DNA of 63,830 nt, counting the filler, from Squatina squatina (taxonomy: Eukaryota), in assembly GCA_031763465.1 (NCBI GenBank). It is 4 parts of 4 records of this genome, joined end to end, with 100 filler letters (N's around TTAATTAATTAA, not from the genome) between each part and the next. Parts side by side here need not be neighbours in the genome. Positions count along the whole stretch, not along the records: positions 32,171 to 49,343 come from JARFOE010000038.1; 3 more parts are not named here. One strand, written 5' to 3'. The translations under genes and the position numbers were made by a program. Of the stretch, positions 36,749 through 49,010 are shown one piece after another (the stretch's first letter is position 1; every line of letters begins with the position of its first letter). Below the pieces are notes generated by a model. That model ran no database searches. It was given only the letters and a program-made list of their open reading frames with translations, and was not told the origin of the DNA.

Positions 36749-38330
36749 TTGCCAAAATGCCAACCTACACTCGCAGTATAAATGCCACCATTGGGCCAAT
36801 TGTTAAGATTTTATAAAATGCATAGCTGTGTATTTTATGCTGCAGCTGGTAACATCAGGCCACTCTCCCTCCTTTTTCCCCCCCCCCCCCTCGGCTTTAT
36901 ATAAATTCTTTCTGAATAATTTTGTAATGTGCTAACAGCGGAGAACAGTTACTGCGTATCAGGAAGAACAAGGCTCATATGTGCAGCAGCGCACCTGGAT
37001 AAGGAGGGGTAAGGTTAAACCCCTACATAGAATTCTTTTTCTTCAAATTAGTCGCAGCTCTGCGATTCTCAGCTTGTGACCAGNNNNNNNNNNNNNNNNN
37101 NNNNNNNNNNNNNNNNNNNNNNNNNNNNNNNNNNNNNNNNNNNNNNNNNNNNNNNNNNNNNNNNNNNNNNNNNNNNNNNNNNNNNNNNNNNNNNNNNNNN
37201 NNNNNNNNNNNNNNNNNNNNNNNNNNNNNNNNNNNNNNNNNNNNNNNNNNNNNNNNNNNNNNNNNNNNNNNNNNNNNNNNNNNNNNNNNNNNNNNNNNNN
37301 NNNNNNNNNNNNNNNNNNNNNNNNNNNNNNNNNNNNNNNNNNNNNNNNNNNNNNNNNNNNNNNNNNNNNNNNNNNNNNNNNNNNNNNNNNNNNNNNNNNN
37401 NNNNNNNNNNNNNNNNNNNNNNNNNNNNNNNNNNNNNNNNNNNNNNNNNNNNNNNNNNNNNNNNNNNNNNNNNNNNNNNNNNNNNNNNNNNNNNNNNNNN
37501 NNNNNNNNNNNNNNNNNNNNNNAATTTTAAAGTTTCCTTTTTCCTATTGATGTGAATTGGCTCAGGAAGCAACAGAAAAGAACGAACTTCTAACTGGAAA
37601 CCTGTCTGTTCAGCTTGCCTTTGTCCATACCTTGTTTGCTGCTCAGCAAGTGTGCTTTCCCCCACACCCTCCTATTTTCAGTGGACTTGATTGTGACAAT
37701 CCTGTTTTTCTAGCCTTAGCTTTTGGGATCTACCACTGGAACGGTCCATTTTCATGGGAAGGGAGAGAAGGGAGTATACCATTTTTTCCGTCAATTAATA
37801 TTTTCAGGTAGTGACCTAGTTTGTAGACTTGGTCAGTCTCCAGAGCAGTGAACATGGGGATTCCTCCTGTTCTAAAAGTAAGGCTTCTAACCAGTACTGC
37901 CAGTTGTCTGTGACACAGCTTTCTGTGGTGCAAAATGCAAAACATTACAACTCTCACCGAAGCCAGTTATTTGTGAAGCTTGGTCCAGAGGGCTGTTTCC
38001 AGCTCCCTGGGCAAGAGGAGTACAGTGCTGGTACTGAGAGGAGACACACGCTCATCTAACAGTGCAAACAATGCAAGGCAAGCACAGCCAGTTCCAAGAC
38101 TTCTCTGCAAATGTTTTAATGTGCAATGGCATCCAAGAAGACTGAGAGAAATAGCATTGATATATATATTCATTTGTATCTAACGAGTATCGCTTCATAG
38201 TTGTATTGGAAACAGTTTTTGATCTGTTAGCTATACTGGATTTGTAAAATGACTTCCTTTCCTGTGATTCTTTTAAGGACCAAATATATATTTAAACAGG
38301 AAAAATATAATCAAGAAAAATTTGTTACTG
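36749..38330 (+). other. MYH9: Probable MYH9 3' UTR (gap-interrupted; end uncertain)
   Basis: Directly follows the stop codon; repeat-free with an AU-rich distal part. Confidence 0.45.
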
Positions 38331-38489
38331 GATTCTCATTTTTATATATATGTATAATGTAACCATTTGCTCTGACCAATCATGACCTTTTTTTCTGAGC
38401 ACTGGCCTCCAATTAAAAAAAAAAGCATTGGAAGAAAAAATCCAGACGGACCACCCGGCATCAGATTCAGACACGACAAAGACACACCC

Positions 38490-38877
38490 AACCCCTGCAA
38501 AGTCCTCCTCACTAATATTTGGGTACTTGTGCCAAAATTGGGAGAGTTGTTCCTCAGAATAGTCAAGCAACAGCCTGACATAGTCATATTCACATAATCA
38601 TACCTATTAGCCAATATTCCAGACTCCTCCATCTCCATCCCTGGGTGTGTCCTGTCCCACCGGCAGGACAGACCCACCAGAAGTGACAGCACAGTGGTAT
38701 ACAGCCGAGAGGGAGTGATCCCGGGAGTCCTCAACATTGACTCCGAACCTCATAAAATTTCATGGCTTCAGGTCAAGCATGGGCAAGGGAGCTTCCTGCT
38801 GATTACCATCAACCACCCTCCCTCAGCTGATGAACGCCACTTGAAAACAGCACTGAGGGTAGCAAGGGCACAGAATG
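38490..38877 (+). mobile_element. LINE ORF2 endonuclease N-terminal fragment (second LINE family, degenerate)
   Basis: LLTNIWVLVPKLGEL...QQPDIVIFT*SYL...IPGCVLSHRQDR...VVYSRE...ISWLQVKHGQG..PPSADE follows the APE domain pattern. Confidence 0.75.
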
Positions 38878-39465
38878 NNNNNNNNNNNNNNNNNNNNNNN
38901 NNNNNNNNNNNNNNNNNNNNNNNNNNNNNNNNNNNNNNNNNNNNNNNNNNNNNNNNNNNNNNNNNNNNNNNNNNNNNGAAAGTCCAGGGTGGGTCAGAGA
39001 CGGTTCTGTTGAGTGGATGAAGATCAGGCTCCTGCACGTATCTGTGATTGATGTCTGATGGTGGACATATGATTGGTATTTAGATGGTGACACTGAAGGA
39101 ACGCATTGAATGTAAAGAGGTTTCTCTCCCAGGAAGGTTGTGGGAAGGATATGGGGTTCATGTGTAGATGTGGTTTATAAGCAGCCTTCCGAGCTGGCTG
39201 ATTGGCGGACGCTGAAACTGCGCTCCGTGTTTGCCGCCCGACAGCGCCAAGCAGGTTCTGTGGCCAAATTCAAGATCAATGTCCAGAGCGACTGATTACA
39301 CGGGCAGCCGGCTGTGTCGTGTCACGGAGGGCAAGGGGGGAGGAAGCCTCTCGTTGCCCCACAGCCCCTGAGTTGCCGTGTCCCCCTGAACTCTTCGCCT
39401 GTCCCGCGAGGGGGGGTGGCACTCCGCCCGGTGATGATGTCTTAAAAACTGTTTTTCCTCTCCAG

Positions 39466-39571
39466 CGAGAGAAGCCCAACGGCGCTGGAGTCGGTGGGTT
39501 TGGGCGCCAGCGCGCGCACAGTGGCGGGCATCTGCATGCTGCCCGTGACCGTGGTGAAGACGCGATACGAG
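39466..39571 (+). CDS. SLC25A38: Mitochondrial glycine carrier exon (3' part of human exon 4)
   Basis: TTTTCCTCTCCAG/GTGAGT-bounded 106-bp exon [35 protein letters not shown], including the SLC25 signature position PxTxxKTR. Confidence 0.88.
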
Positions 39572-40718
39572 GTGAGTTTTCACACCACATCCTGTCTGGA
39601 GGGTTTTAATGGGTGGCAACCCAGCGAGGTGGGTGGGGGGAGGGGGGCACAGGTGGAGATGTGGTTGGTGCAAAGACAATTGGGGCGGCCAATTCGGGTT
39701 TTTAAAGTTTCTCGCGCTAAGTGCTGAATTTAGTGCTGGAAATGGGACTCCGAAAATTTTCAGTGAAGCCCCCAATTAGCCACTTTACAATTTGAGCGTT
39801 CAAACATATGCAAACTTTAGCAGTAAAGGGACCATAGTGAACTGACCTATTCTTGGTGTGGATGCAAATTCCACAGTTTGCTTCCAACCTGAATTCCAGA
39901 GTTTACTTGCAACCTGACAGGCCACTTAAGNNNNNNNNNNNNNNNNNNNNNNNNNNNNNNNNNNNNNNNNNNNNNNNNNNNNNNNNNNNNNNNNNNNNNN
40001 NNNNNNNNNNNNNNNNNNNNNNNNNNNNNNNNNNNNNNNNNNNNNNNNNNNNNNNNNNNNNNNNNNNNNNNNNNNNNNNNNNNNNNNNNNNNNNNNNNNN
40101 NNNNNNNNNNNNNNNNNNNNNNNNNNNNNNNNNNNNNNNNNNNNNNNNNNNNNNNNNNNNNNNNNNNNNNNNNNNNNNNNNNNNNNNNNNNNNNNNNNNN
40201 NNNNNNNNNNNNNNNNNNNNNNNNNNNNNNNNNNNNNNNNNNNNNNNNNNNNNNNNNNNNNNNNNNNNNNNNNNNNNNNNNNNNNNNNNNNNNNNNNNNN
40301 NNNNNNNNNNNNNNNNNNNNNNNNNNNNNNNNNNNNNNNNNNNNNNNNNNNNNNNNNNNNNNNNNNNNNNNNNNNNNNNNNNNNNNNNNNNNNNNNNNNN
40401 NNNNNNNNNNNNNNNNNNNNNNNNNNNNNNNNNNNNNNNNNNNNNNNNNNNNNNNNNNNNNNNNNNNNNNNNNNNNNNNNNNNNNNNNNNNNNNNNNNNN
40501 NNNNNNNNNNNNNNNNNNNNNNNNNNNNNNNNNNNNNNNNNNNNNNNNNNNNNNNNNNNNNNNNNNNNNNNNNNNNNNNNNNNNNNNNNNNNNNNNNNNN
40601 NNNNNNNNNNNNNNNNNNNNNNNNNNNNNNNNNNNNNNNNNNNNNNNNNNNNNNNNNNNNNNNNNNNNNNNNNNNNNNNNNNNNNNNNNNNNNNNNNNNN
40701 NNNNNNNNNNNNNNNNNN

Positions 40719-40870
40719 TGTGGGAGCTTGCTGTGCGTGAATTGGCTGCCACGTTTCCTACATTACAGCAGTGACTACAGTTTTTAAAAAGTACCTACTT
40801 GGCTGTAAAGCGCTTTGGGACGTCCTGAGATTGTGAAAGGCGCGATAGAAATCGTAAGTCTTTTTTTGTT
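40719..40870 (+). mobile_element. DeuSINE/SacSINE-like SINE tail
   Basis: TGTGGGAGCTTGCTGTGCG...GCTGTAAAGCGCTTTGGGACGTCCTGAG...GGCGCGATAGAAAT. Confidence 0.8.
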
Positions 40871-41049
40871 TCATCACTTGGGCATTTCTGTGATAGCTGA
40901 TGAGGTGCTGTGTAAATCTTTCTCACTTTATGAAACCATCACTTCTTTAACTAGATGTGTGTGTGTGTGTGAGGAGGGTGGGGAGAAGAGGGTGTGAATT
41001 CAGGAAACGGAATGAGAAAATGATTCACGGTATGTGTCTGCATCTGCAG

Positions 41050-41218
41050 AGCGGGAAGTATCGGTACGAAAGCGTATTCGGTGCCTTGAGAAATATCTAC
41101 AAGACCGAGGGCACGCGGGCGCTCTTCAGCGGGCTGACAGCTACGCTCCTGCGCGATGCCCCCTTCTCCGGGGTTTACCTGATGTTCTACACACAGACCA
41201 AGAAAGCGGTGCCTGAAG
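41050..41218 (+). CDS. SLC25A38: Mitochondrial glycine carrier exon (equivalent to human exon 5)
   Basis: CAG/GT-bounded 169-bp exon [56 protein letters not shown]. Confidence 0.93.
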
Positions 41219-42354
41219 GTACGTGTGGGTGTCAGTGTTGCTTCGACGAAAGGTACTTTGGGGGGGTGTTTGATATGGACGGCGGTTGAACGCTCCTGCT
41301 TTACAAGGTGTGATATTCCAGCACCATGGGACAAGCAAGGACCCACTTCTCACCGTTGTATCCTGTGCGCCCCCAAAATCTTTAAAGGGGGCAACTGATC
41401 AGTGGAGCCAGTGTTCTTCCTGTCTACCTTTCCATTATAAATTCCTATGTAAACTTGTTATACTGTAATTACACCCTCCTGCCAGGGAGGGTGCTGAGGA
41501 GCCACCAGTGATTAGCAGGTGGAACTGCAGTGTGACATGGGCTGTTTCCATTATAACTGTGGACACAGGAATTTGTGCTGGAAATATGAAAAGAAGGAAC
41601 AGAATGTCTGACATTAAAATGCGTCCGGTTTAAGTCAGCACACCCTGATCCAAATATACCTCCCCCCCCCACCCCCCGCAAACCTTTCGAGACTGAGAGC
41701 GAACTCCAATTTTTTCCTTTTCTCTCCTGAAGAATCTGCCTGTCACTTGAGGTGGGGGGGGGTGACATTCAATGGGGGTAATGTTCACTGAGTTTGTCCA
41801 CATTCACCATCTTGCCCATTCTTGACTCCAGACACTGAATATCAGTGGGCTGTTCGACCATGATCTTACTGTGTGCAAATTGGCTGCTGAGTTGGAAGAG
41901 ACTCACATACTTAGAATGCGCTGCCTGAAAGGGTGGTGGAAGCAGATTCAGTAGTAATTTTCAAAAGGGAATTGGATGTATACATAAAAAGGAAATATTT
42001 TCAGGGCTATGGAGAAAAATGAGGGGGAGTGGGACTAACTGGGTAGCTCTTTCAGAGAGCCAGCACAGACAAAATGGTCCGAATGGCCTCCTGTGCTATA
42101 TGATTCTGTGACTTNNNNNNNNNNGACAGAGAGAAATAGAGTGGGAAATGTTGTCCTAGCAATGTACAATGGGAAATATTGACCAAAAACCTTGACCACA
42201 AGAAGTAGGGTTTGTGAACAGGAAGCGTGCACCCTATACCAATGGCTATAGAGAGGTGGCAGATGTGTTCATTGATTGGGGGTAGTTGGGATCACAGAAG
42301 GGGGTGACTGAAATGCTTTGTGTGGTCATATCTAATCTTGCTTTTATCTTTCAG

Positions 42355-42376
42355 ACCGGTACGACACACCAATTGT
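42355..42376 (+). CDS. SLC25A38: SLC25A38 next exon start, cut by gap
   Basis: Strong CTTTTATCTTTCAG acceptor. The phase matches the previous exon and gives D-RYDTPIV, versus recalled human DQVDATLI. Confidence 0.55.
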
Positions 42377-42476
42377 NNNNNNNNNNNNNNNNNNNNNNNN
42401 NNNNNNNNNNNNNNNNNNNNNNNNNNNNNNNNNNNNNNNNNNNNNNNNNNNNNNNNNNNNNNNNNNNNNNNNNNNN

Positions 42477-42775
42477 CCCTGTACAACTGCAACAAGACAT
42501 CCCTGCTCCTGTACTCGAATCCTCTTGCTATGAAGGCCAACATACCATTTGCCGCCTTAACCGCCTGCTGCACCTGCATGCTTACCTTCAGCGACTGGTG
42601 CACAAGGACACCCAGGTCTCGTTGCCATTCCTGCTGAATTTTGTGATGTTGTCGGTGTCTTCTACTGTGAAGACAGGTACAAAATATTTGCTCGATGCGT
42701 CTGCCATTTTGAGAGTTCCTGCTGAATCTGCTTCGACCGCCCTTTCACTTAGTGCATTGCCGATCATAACAAGTC
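42477..42775 (-). mobile_element. Mosaic of CR1 LINE fragments
   Basis: LKVSMQVQQAVKAANGMLAFIARGFEYRSRDVLLQLYR (RT C-terminus), KMADASSKYFVPVFTVED (EN-RT linker) and ERAVEADS (ORF2 end) are juxtaposed. Confidence 0.8.
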
Positions 42776-45700
42776 TTCCTGTTGGAAGTGTACATGGTGG
42801 GAGGACTCGATCGGGCTGCGCTGTGGTGATAGTCGTGCCGTCTCTTGCTGACACTGTCTTGAGTTGCACACGAAGAGTGGTCACTCGTGTGGGGTACAGG
42901 AGGACTGAATTGGCAGTGGTTGAGGGAAGGAGGGGATTATACTGCGCTGCAGGGGATCCTGCGATTGATTCCAATTTGATACTTTGTGAACAGGTATTTA
43001 TATCATCAATCTGAAGAAGACCTGGGAGAAACTGCTTCTCGCTGCTCGCGCCATTGTCTCGATTGAGAACCCGGCTGACGTTTGCGTCATCTCCTCCAGA
43101 CCGTTTGGGCAGGTGCGTGCGCAAGCAACGATGTTTGAGCTGTGTTTTGTACTCTCTTGTCAGCTGCTGTTATAACTGTGCCGAGTCCGCTAAAACCCGC
43201 ACATTATTAAAGCTTGGGAGCTAGGACCAGTGTCTGGCCAGTGAACTCTTGAGTGTCGGAAATGTGCTACAGTAAACCTGGCAGGTTTTTCGCTAACACC
43301 ACAAGGGTCCGTGGGACCCGATGAGTGGGGTTTGATGGTAATCCTTGCCACAGCTTCTCTCGCTATACTAGACCCAGATTTAGTGATGATACATACAGTG
43401 TTACTGTGAAGTACTGCTTAATGTTTGGAAGCTTAACGTCTGAACATTTTTGGAAGCTGATAACGGCAGCGCATTCAAAGGAGATTAATATGAGGGATTG
43501 GGGGGGGGGAGGGGGCTGGGGGTTCAGCGCCACATGGGCCTCGTGATCACGGACGTTAAAATTGTGTCATGGCACTGGAAACATTACCAGTCACGATTTG
43601 TGCATCTGGTCGGTTTTGCATGGAGTTAAAGTGGTGGTGGGTGGGAATGTGTTCGGAACATGGTGCAAACTTTTCGGCCGCCATTTCAACAACTTGTCTG
43701 ACTCATTTGTACAGGTCGGGCTGGGTTAAAATCCGGGTTATACAATCTACAGCACACAAAGAGGCCATTCGGCCAACTGGTCTGTGCCGGTGTTTATACT
43801 CCACCCATCATCCCTTTATTCCCTTCTCCCTCATGCATACATCAAGCCTCCCCATAAACATACAACTGCTATCTGCTTCAACCATTGATTGTTGCAACGG
43901 GTTCCACATTATCACCACTCCCTGTGCAAATAAATTCCTCCTAAATTCTTTATTTGGCCTGGTAGTGGCTCTGTTTTTGGCTCTGTATTTCTCATTAGAT
44001 GTTACTTCCTGAAAAGCTCAGATTCAAATCACTCCCTCCCCTTCTTGCAGCTTCTGTTTCTAATTACATTGAATTTCTGAATTTGGAATCCTTTCTGTTT
44101 ATATTTGTAAGCTCATGATCAAGTCAGATGATGCACTATTTTCTACTAACCTGAGGGTTAGACCATGAAATGCACAATGCATTATTCTGCAAAGATGGAG
44201 CTGTGCACTTTTAAGGTCACCGAATTCCGTTGTTCTGATATAAACAGAGCCTTGTTTCAATCAGAGTTTAATTGTTTGCCCTCACGCTGTACAGCTCCCT
44301 CTCCATTCACAGTGTAAATATTCTTTAGGTTGCAGGTTAGAAATCTGGTTTTCTTTTTTAAGCATGGTCGATAAGGTTATGTTTTTAAGTCATAGGCTAC
44401 AGACAGTCTGATGTGAATAAAGTGCTTCTGTTGCTGTAAGAGATTTTCTGTAGATTCCAAATGGCTGGCTTTTTTTTAGTGTTATTTAAAGATTGTTGGA
44501 AAAAATTTACATATTAGCTACAAGAAATTTGTCTGGAATAAAGTTGGAATAAATTGTGGCATAGAAGTATGCCACATGGGCCAGGATTTTGCCGGCACTC
44601 AGAGAGCAGGTTCAGCGGCGGGTCTGCTGTCAAAATCTAAAAGATTGACAATGGGGCAGTATCCTGCTCTGAAACCTCCTCCTTGTAAGTTTCCAAGTGC
44701 CGGCTCTGCCTGCGCTTTGCAGATCCAACTTCTCAAGGGCAATTAGGGATAGGCAATAAACGCCTTGCCAGCGACACCCACATCTCATGAATCCATTTTT
44801 TAAAAAGCAGCAGGTGAGCCAACTGAAATACTTAAGAGAGTGATTAAAGGTATTTAAGTAGCATTTTACCAACTACTAGCCATTTTTCCAACTTTTTCAT
44901 GAGCTCCCATCACTCGGGGATCACGTCAGTTAAGTACGTTGGGTTTTCAGTGTCTCTCCACTGCTTTGAATAGCTGACAGCTGCAAAACTGGTAAAAAGG
45001 CTTCCATTTCACAGCTGTTCATTTAGAAGCTGGAGCCTTCAGGATTTGGAAGAGACTTCAGCATTAGGAGGGTTAGAAGTGTTTGGAGTAAATTCTATCC
45101 AGTGTTACCTCTTTGGAGCAACCTCTCTCACCATTGACAGATTGCTTCTGTCATCTCAACTTCAGCTGCCATCTATTTCAGCAGCATCAGTGCCCTTGAA
45201 AACATCTCACCTTGGTTCTCAGAATCCCACCACAATCAGCCCCAACACCAACATCACCAGGCTCACTGGCAGCACCAACACCACCAACCTTTTCCGCAAT
45301 CACCTGATGCTGCACAGGACACAGGGCATCAGCACCTGTCGATATTGCTTGCCGGGAGGCCAGGGATGGTCTCGCCATGGCCAGATTTACTTCACTTCAT
45401 GCTGTACAGCCACATGATGCGCCAAGTTGGCACCACCCCACACCAATACCATAAAGCATTCCTGAAATGACCAAGCCATTCCTTTCACACTCATGACCAT
45501 TGCGGGGCATGCCCTTTTGTCTCACCATTCACCACAACTCACTAAGCCACTTCCAAAGGTGCGCACATATCTGTCCAAGAAGGCAAAGTGTTCAAATTAA
45601 GGATTCCAATTTTTGACAACTCATTAGCAGAAACTCTACATGAGTATTGGCTAAAAGACCCAAGTGCCTACCCTCGTCTGTTGTTAGTTGGTATGATTGG

Positions 45701-46022
45701 ACAAGGATGAGGGTGAGTGTAAGGGGTGGCTAATGAGATGAGGATGTGATAATGTAGATAGTGAGGGATGGGTGGAGGTGCAAGGCAAGTTGGTGTGTGT
45801 GAGGATGTGCGGGAGTAGGGTAAGGAAGACAGAGTGCTGGGGATGTGGCACAGCAGGATGAGGTTGAGTGTGGCTTTGCAGTAACATTTCGTAATCTTCT
45901 GAGATCATTGAAAGGATTGTGCNNNNNNNNNNNNNNNNNNNNNNNNNNNNNNNNNNNNNNNNNNNNNNNNNNNNNNNNNNNNNNNNNNNNNNNNNNNNNN
46001 NNNNNNNNNNNNNNNNNNNNNN

Positions 46023-46860
46023 CCGCTTTCTCCGACAACTGCGGCAAATGACTCGAGAGCAGGTGCTGCGGACAGGCGTTCAACTTCACTACTGGATTTG
46101 GGTGCGTTTTGCTGACGGTGACTTGGGAGGGAGACACGAGGCTGTTGTGGTGTGCGCTGGACTGGGACTGCTGTTTGGTGGGCTGGGCCTGTGACTGGCT
46201 CAATCTCTGTAATCCTGGCTGGTGCTGCTTGGTGGTGCAAGCCACTGGCGGGGCTTTGGGCATCTGCGGCGAAGGTGCAGTGTAGCCGGCAATCAAGCTG
46301 GTCATTCCTGGTCGAGTCCCTTCCTGGGATTTCTTTGTGCCTGAACTGTGACCAAATAATTGACTGAATGTCAAAGGGACAGGAGAAAGGGTGGCTACTT
46401 TTGGCGATGGCGTGGCCACCTTCGGAGTCGGCGTGGCCACTTTTGAAGAAGGCGCGGCCACCCTCGGAGACGGCGCGGCCACCCTCGGAGACGGCGCGGC
46501 CACCCTCGGGGAAAAGACGGCTGCTTTTGGAGAAAGTGTCAGGGGCGTGACCTTGGCTACGACCTTCTTATCTTCCTTCACCACAGGCTGAGGTCGAGGT
46601 GCAGGCAGTACAGAGTTATTTACAACTCTGGCGATCTTGGCTGCGTTGTTGAAGACAGACAATGCATCTGACACCGATTCGAGGGAAGGGGGCTTAAGGG
46701 ACAGGTCTTCATCCAGAGAGTCGTCCAGGTAAATGGTCTCCCGGTTTGGGGTACAACTGGAGCTCGAGATACTGATGGGCGTGACGTTGCTCATTGGCAG
46801 CACCTTCTGGCCTGCACTGGCTGGAATCGACAGTTTCTGCTCCCTCTTGGGGCTTGAATC
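46023..46860 (-). CDS. UBN2: Ubinuclein-2 large S/P-rich exon (3' end lost in gap)
   Basis: Acceptor TTCCTTCAAATAG; DSSPKREQK...ETIYLDDSLDEDLSLKPPSLESVSDALSVFNN matches recalled UBN2 ETICLDDSLDEDLSFHSPSLDLVSEALAVINN. Neighbouring TTC26 favours UBN2 over UBN1. Confidence 0.88.
46387..46533 (-). repeat. UBN2: Coding tandem repeat, 7 x 21 bp, within UBN2
   Basis: SPKAAVF SPRVAAP SPRVAAP SPRVAAP SSKVATP TPKVATP SPKVATL. Confidence 0.92.
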
Positions 46861-47714
46861 CTATTTGAAGGAAAAATGAAAAACTTGTCAAGGCTCAGCA
46901 ATTGCAACAGTTGTTAGATCACCTCACCTCCCGCCCAAATCTCATCGTCACCCTCCTACACAAGAGATAACCCACCCACCACCATACAACGAATTAACTG
47001 TATAATAACATTCATGCCCATACGGATTTGAGTCTCTTCCTGTCTGGGCCAACCATGACCGTATTGCANNNNNNNNNNNNNNNNNNNNNNNNNNNNNNNN
47101 NNNNNNNNNNNNNNNNNNNNNNNNNNNNNNNNNNNNNNNNNNNNNNNNNNNNNNNNNNNNNNNNNNNNTGTTTGATAACGCTCCTGTGAAATGCCTTGGG
47201 ACACCTTACTACGTTAAAGGCAATGTATAAATGCAAGTTGTTGTTGGGTCAAACTCGGGATCTGCTAATCCTGATGACTCAGTGCAACACCAGGTGGGGT
47301 TTTAACACACAAGCTACTGGCACAGTTCCCCAGACAGCTCTGCCATTGCTTGTTTGACATTAGCTGCTCGGAGGGTGTGGGACGAACCCACAATGACTCA
47401 CTTTACAATCTTCGCCGTGGAGAAATGTTTAGCTCCCTTCATAGTGCTACCACATCACACCAAAGAACCACAGGACCGAACTTAACAGTCCAGGGTGAGC
47501 GCGTTGGGACTCCAGAGTACTGCGTTGATCTAAATTATATAGTATAACTCACTAGAAAGTACAGGGGAAAAATACCTCAGGAAAAGTCCATGAGCTCTAG
47601 CCACTTATTTTAGTGGGCATGTCATTCATCGTGGCTTTTATGGCCTCGTACTTGGTGTTTGGGGGAGCACTTGGAAGGAAATAATTGGAAAAGAGGGGTG
47701 AGGGGTACACATAC

Positions 47715-47833
47715 TTGGCAAACCGGGCCTGTGTATGTGCTTGCAGTTCCTCCTGGTATTTTATCAGCTGTGCTGGCATCACGTTTGCCACTGCTTCCTT
47801 CAACTTCTGCGTTGGATCCCGTAACCGCTCGTC
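47715..47833 (-). CDS. UBN2: Ubinuclein-2 middle-domain exon
   Basis: CCCAG/GTATGT-bounded 119-bp exon DERLRDPTQKLKEAVANVMPAQLIKYQEELQAHTQARFA(K), versus recalled human [40 protein letters not shown]. Confidence 0.88.
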
Positions 47834-48044
47834 CTGGGAAGGCAACACAGACAGTGAGAAAAGAATAGAACTCACATTGCTATAGTGCCTTTCACGACTT
47901 CAGGACGCCCCAAAGCGCTTCACAGCTAATGATATATTTTTGAANNNNNNNNNNNNNNNNNNNNNNNNNNNNNNNNNNNNNNNNNNNNNNNNNNNNNNNN
48001 NNNNNNNNNNNNNNNNNNNNNNNNNNNNNNNNNNNNNNNNNNNN

Positions 48045-48175
48045 CTCTGAAATGGTCCAGCAAGCCACTCAGTTGTATAAGGCGGCTCACCACCTTCTCG
48101 GGGGCAATTAGGGGTGGGCAATAAATGCTGCCCTTGCCAGCGATGCCCACACCCTGTGAATGAATAAATAAAAAG
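48045..48175 (+). mobile_element. 3' tail of the tRNA-derived SINE family seen at 21241
   Basis: CTCTGAAATGG...CACCTTCTCGGGGGCAATTAGGGGTGGGCAATAAATGC...GAATAAATAAAAA; a second copy lies at 44727-44805. Confidence 0.65.
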
Positions 48176-48435
48176 ATATAGACATTTGTGTAACGATATC
48201 AAAGGGCTCGACAGCAGGTCAGCCCCACACAGGCCGTACTATTCGGGTCTTATTGTAGTCCAGGATATCTCCTAGCAGCATCTCATCCGTTGGCCCAGCC
48301 AAGAGCTAACCAAACGCGTGGTGTACTGTTGGCAGAAGACAGCAAAAGCGCCGACACTGGCATCTCCAACTGCAGCTATGTGAAAGCACCGCTCTATGCA
48401 AAGAGTCCTGAATTCTAGAGCTATGCTCGACTCAC

Positions 48436-48505
48436 AGCAACGGGCCAGCCAACTGAGGTAAATGTAGTCATTCTTCAGCTTCTCACTCTGAATCAGCTGG
48501 AAAAC
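48436..48505 (-). CDS. TTC26: Intraflagellar transport protein 56 (TTC26) exon
   Basis: TTCCTCAG/GTGAGT-bounded 70-bp exon VFQLIQSEKLKNDYIYLSWLARC(Y), versus recalled human AFLLIQSEKMKNDYIYLSWLARCY. It lies upstream of UBN2 on the same strand, as in human. Confidence 0.88.
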
Positions 48506-48715
48506 CTGAGGAATAATTAACAAAGGCACAAATAAAGAATTGCATGGTAGACTCACAGCTGAGATCGTGCCCTGTGGAGATGTGGGTNNNNNNNNNNNNN
48601 NNNNNNNNNNNNNNNNNNNNNNNNNNNNNNNNNNNNNNNNNNNNNNNNNNNNNNNNNNNNNNNNNNNNNNNNNNNNNNNNNNNNNNNAGCGCTTCTCTTT
48701 TGCTGTCAATTCTAG

Positions 48716-48908
48716 GCCGGTAGTGATATCGCTGAAGTCAACAGGCCGGGTTGAGTCTGAGCTTTTTGAAGAAGTAACCATCTACTTCAGCGACATCGTG
48801 GGGTTCACCACCATCTGTAAGTTCAGCAGCCCCATGGAGGTGGTCGACATGTTAAACGACATGTACAAGAACTTTGACCAAATCCTGGACAATCACGATG
48901 TCTACAAG
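48716..48908 (+). CDS. GUCY2C: Guanylyl cyclase C catalytic-domain exon
   Basis: TAG/GT-bounded 193-bp exon [79 protein letters not shown] is typical of GC-C. Confidence 0.85.
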
Positions 48909-49010
48909 GTACGAAGGGCTAAATGGTCAGACTTCAGAGGTTCCGGCTCTGGCAGAGTTGATCTCTTGTCGCTGAGGTAAATTTCATTCGCACTGATCTT
49001 GGTCAGACCA

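Noticed and set aside
42588-43124. 178-aa minus-strand ORF and the overlapping plus-strand ORF as a novel gene
   Set aside because: It is a mosaic of CR1 fragments and an old SINE-like repeat, with no splice signals or coherent domain.
43384-43443. Possible C/D-box snoRNA (GTGATGA...CTGA)
   Set aside because: There is no convincing terminal stem, no internal C'/D' boxes and no recognisable guide sequence.
44990-45922. PIF/Harbinger transposon remnant (FNDLRR Myb/SANT-like hint; similar hints at 24500-25100 and 25916-26050)
   Set aside because: Only a few residues of resemblance, too degenerate to call without a search.
47012-47068. Extra UBN2 exon (CNTVMVGPDRKRLKS followed by GTATGG)
   Set aside because: No similarity to recalled UBN2 exons, and the acceptor is lost in a gap.
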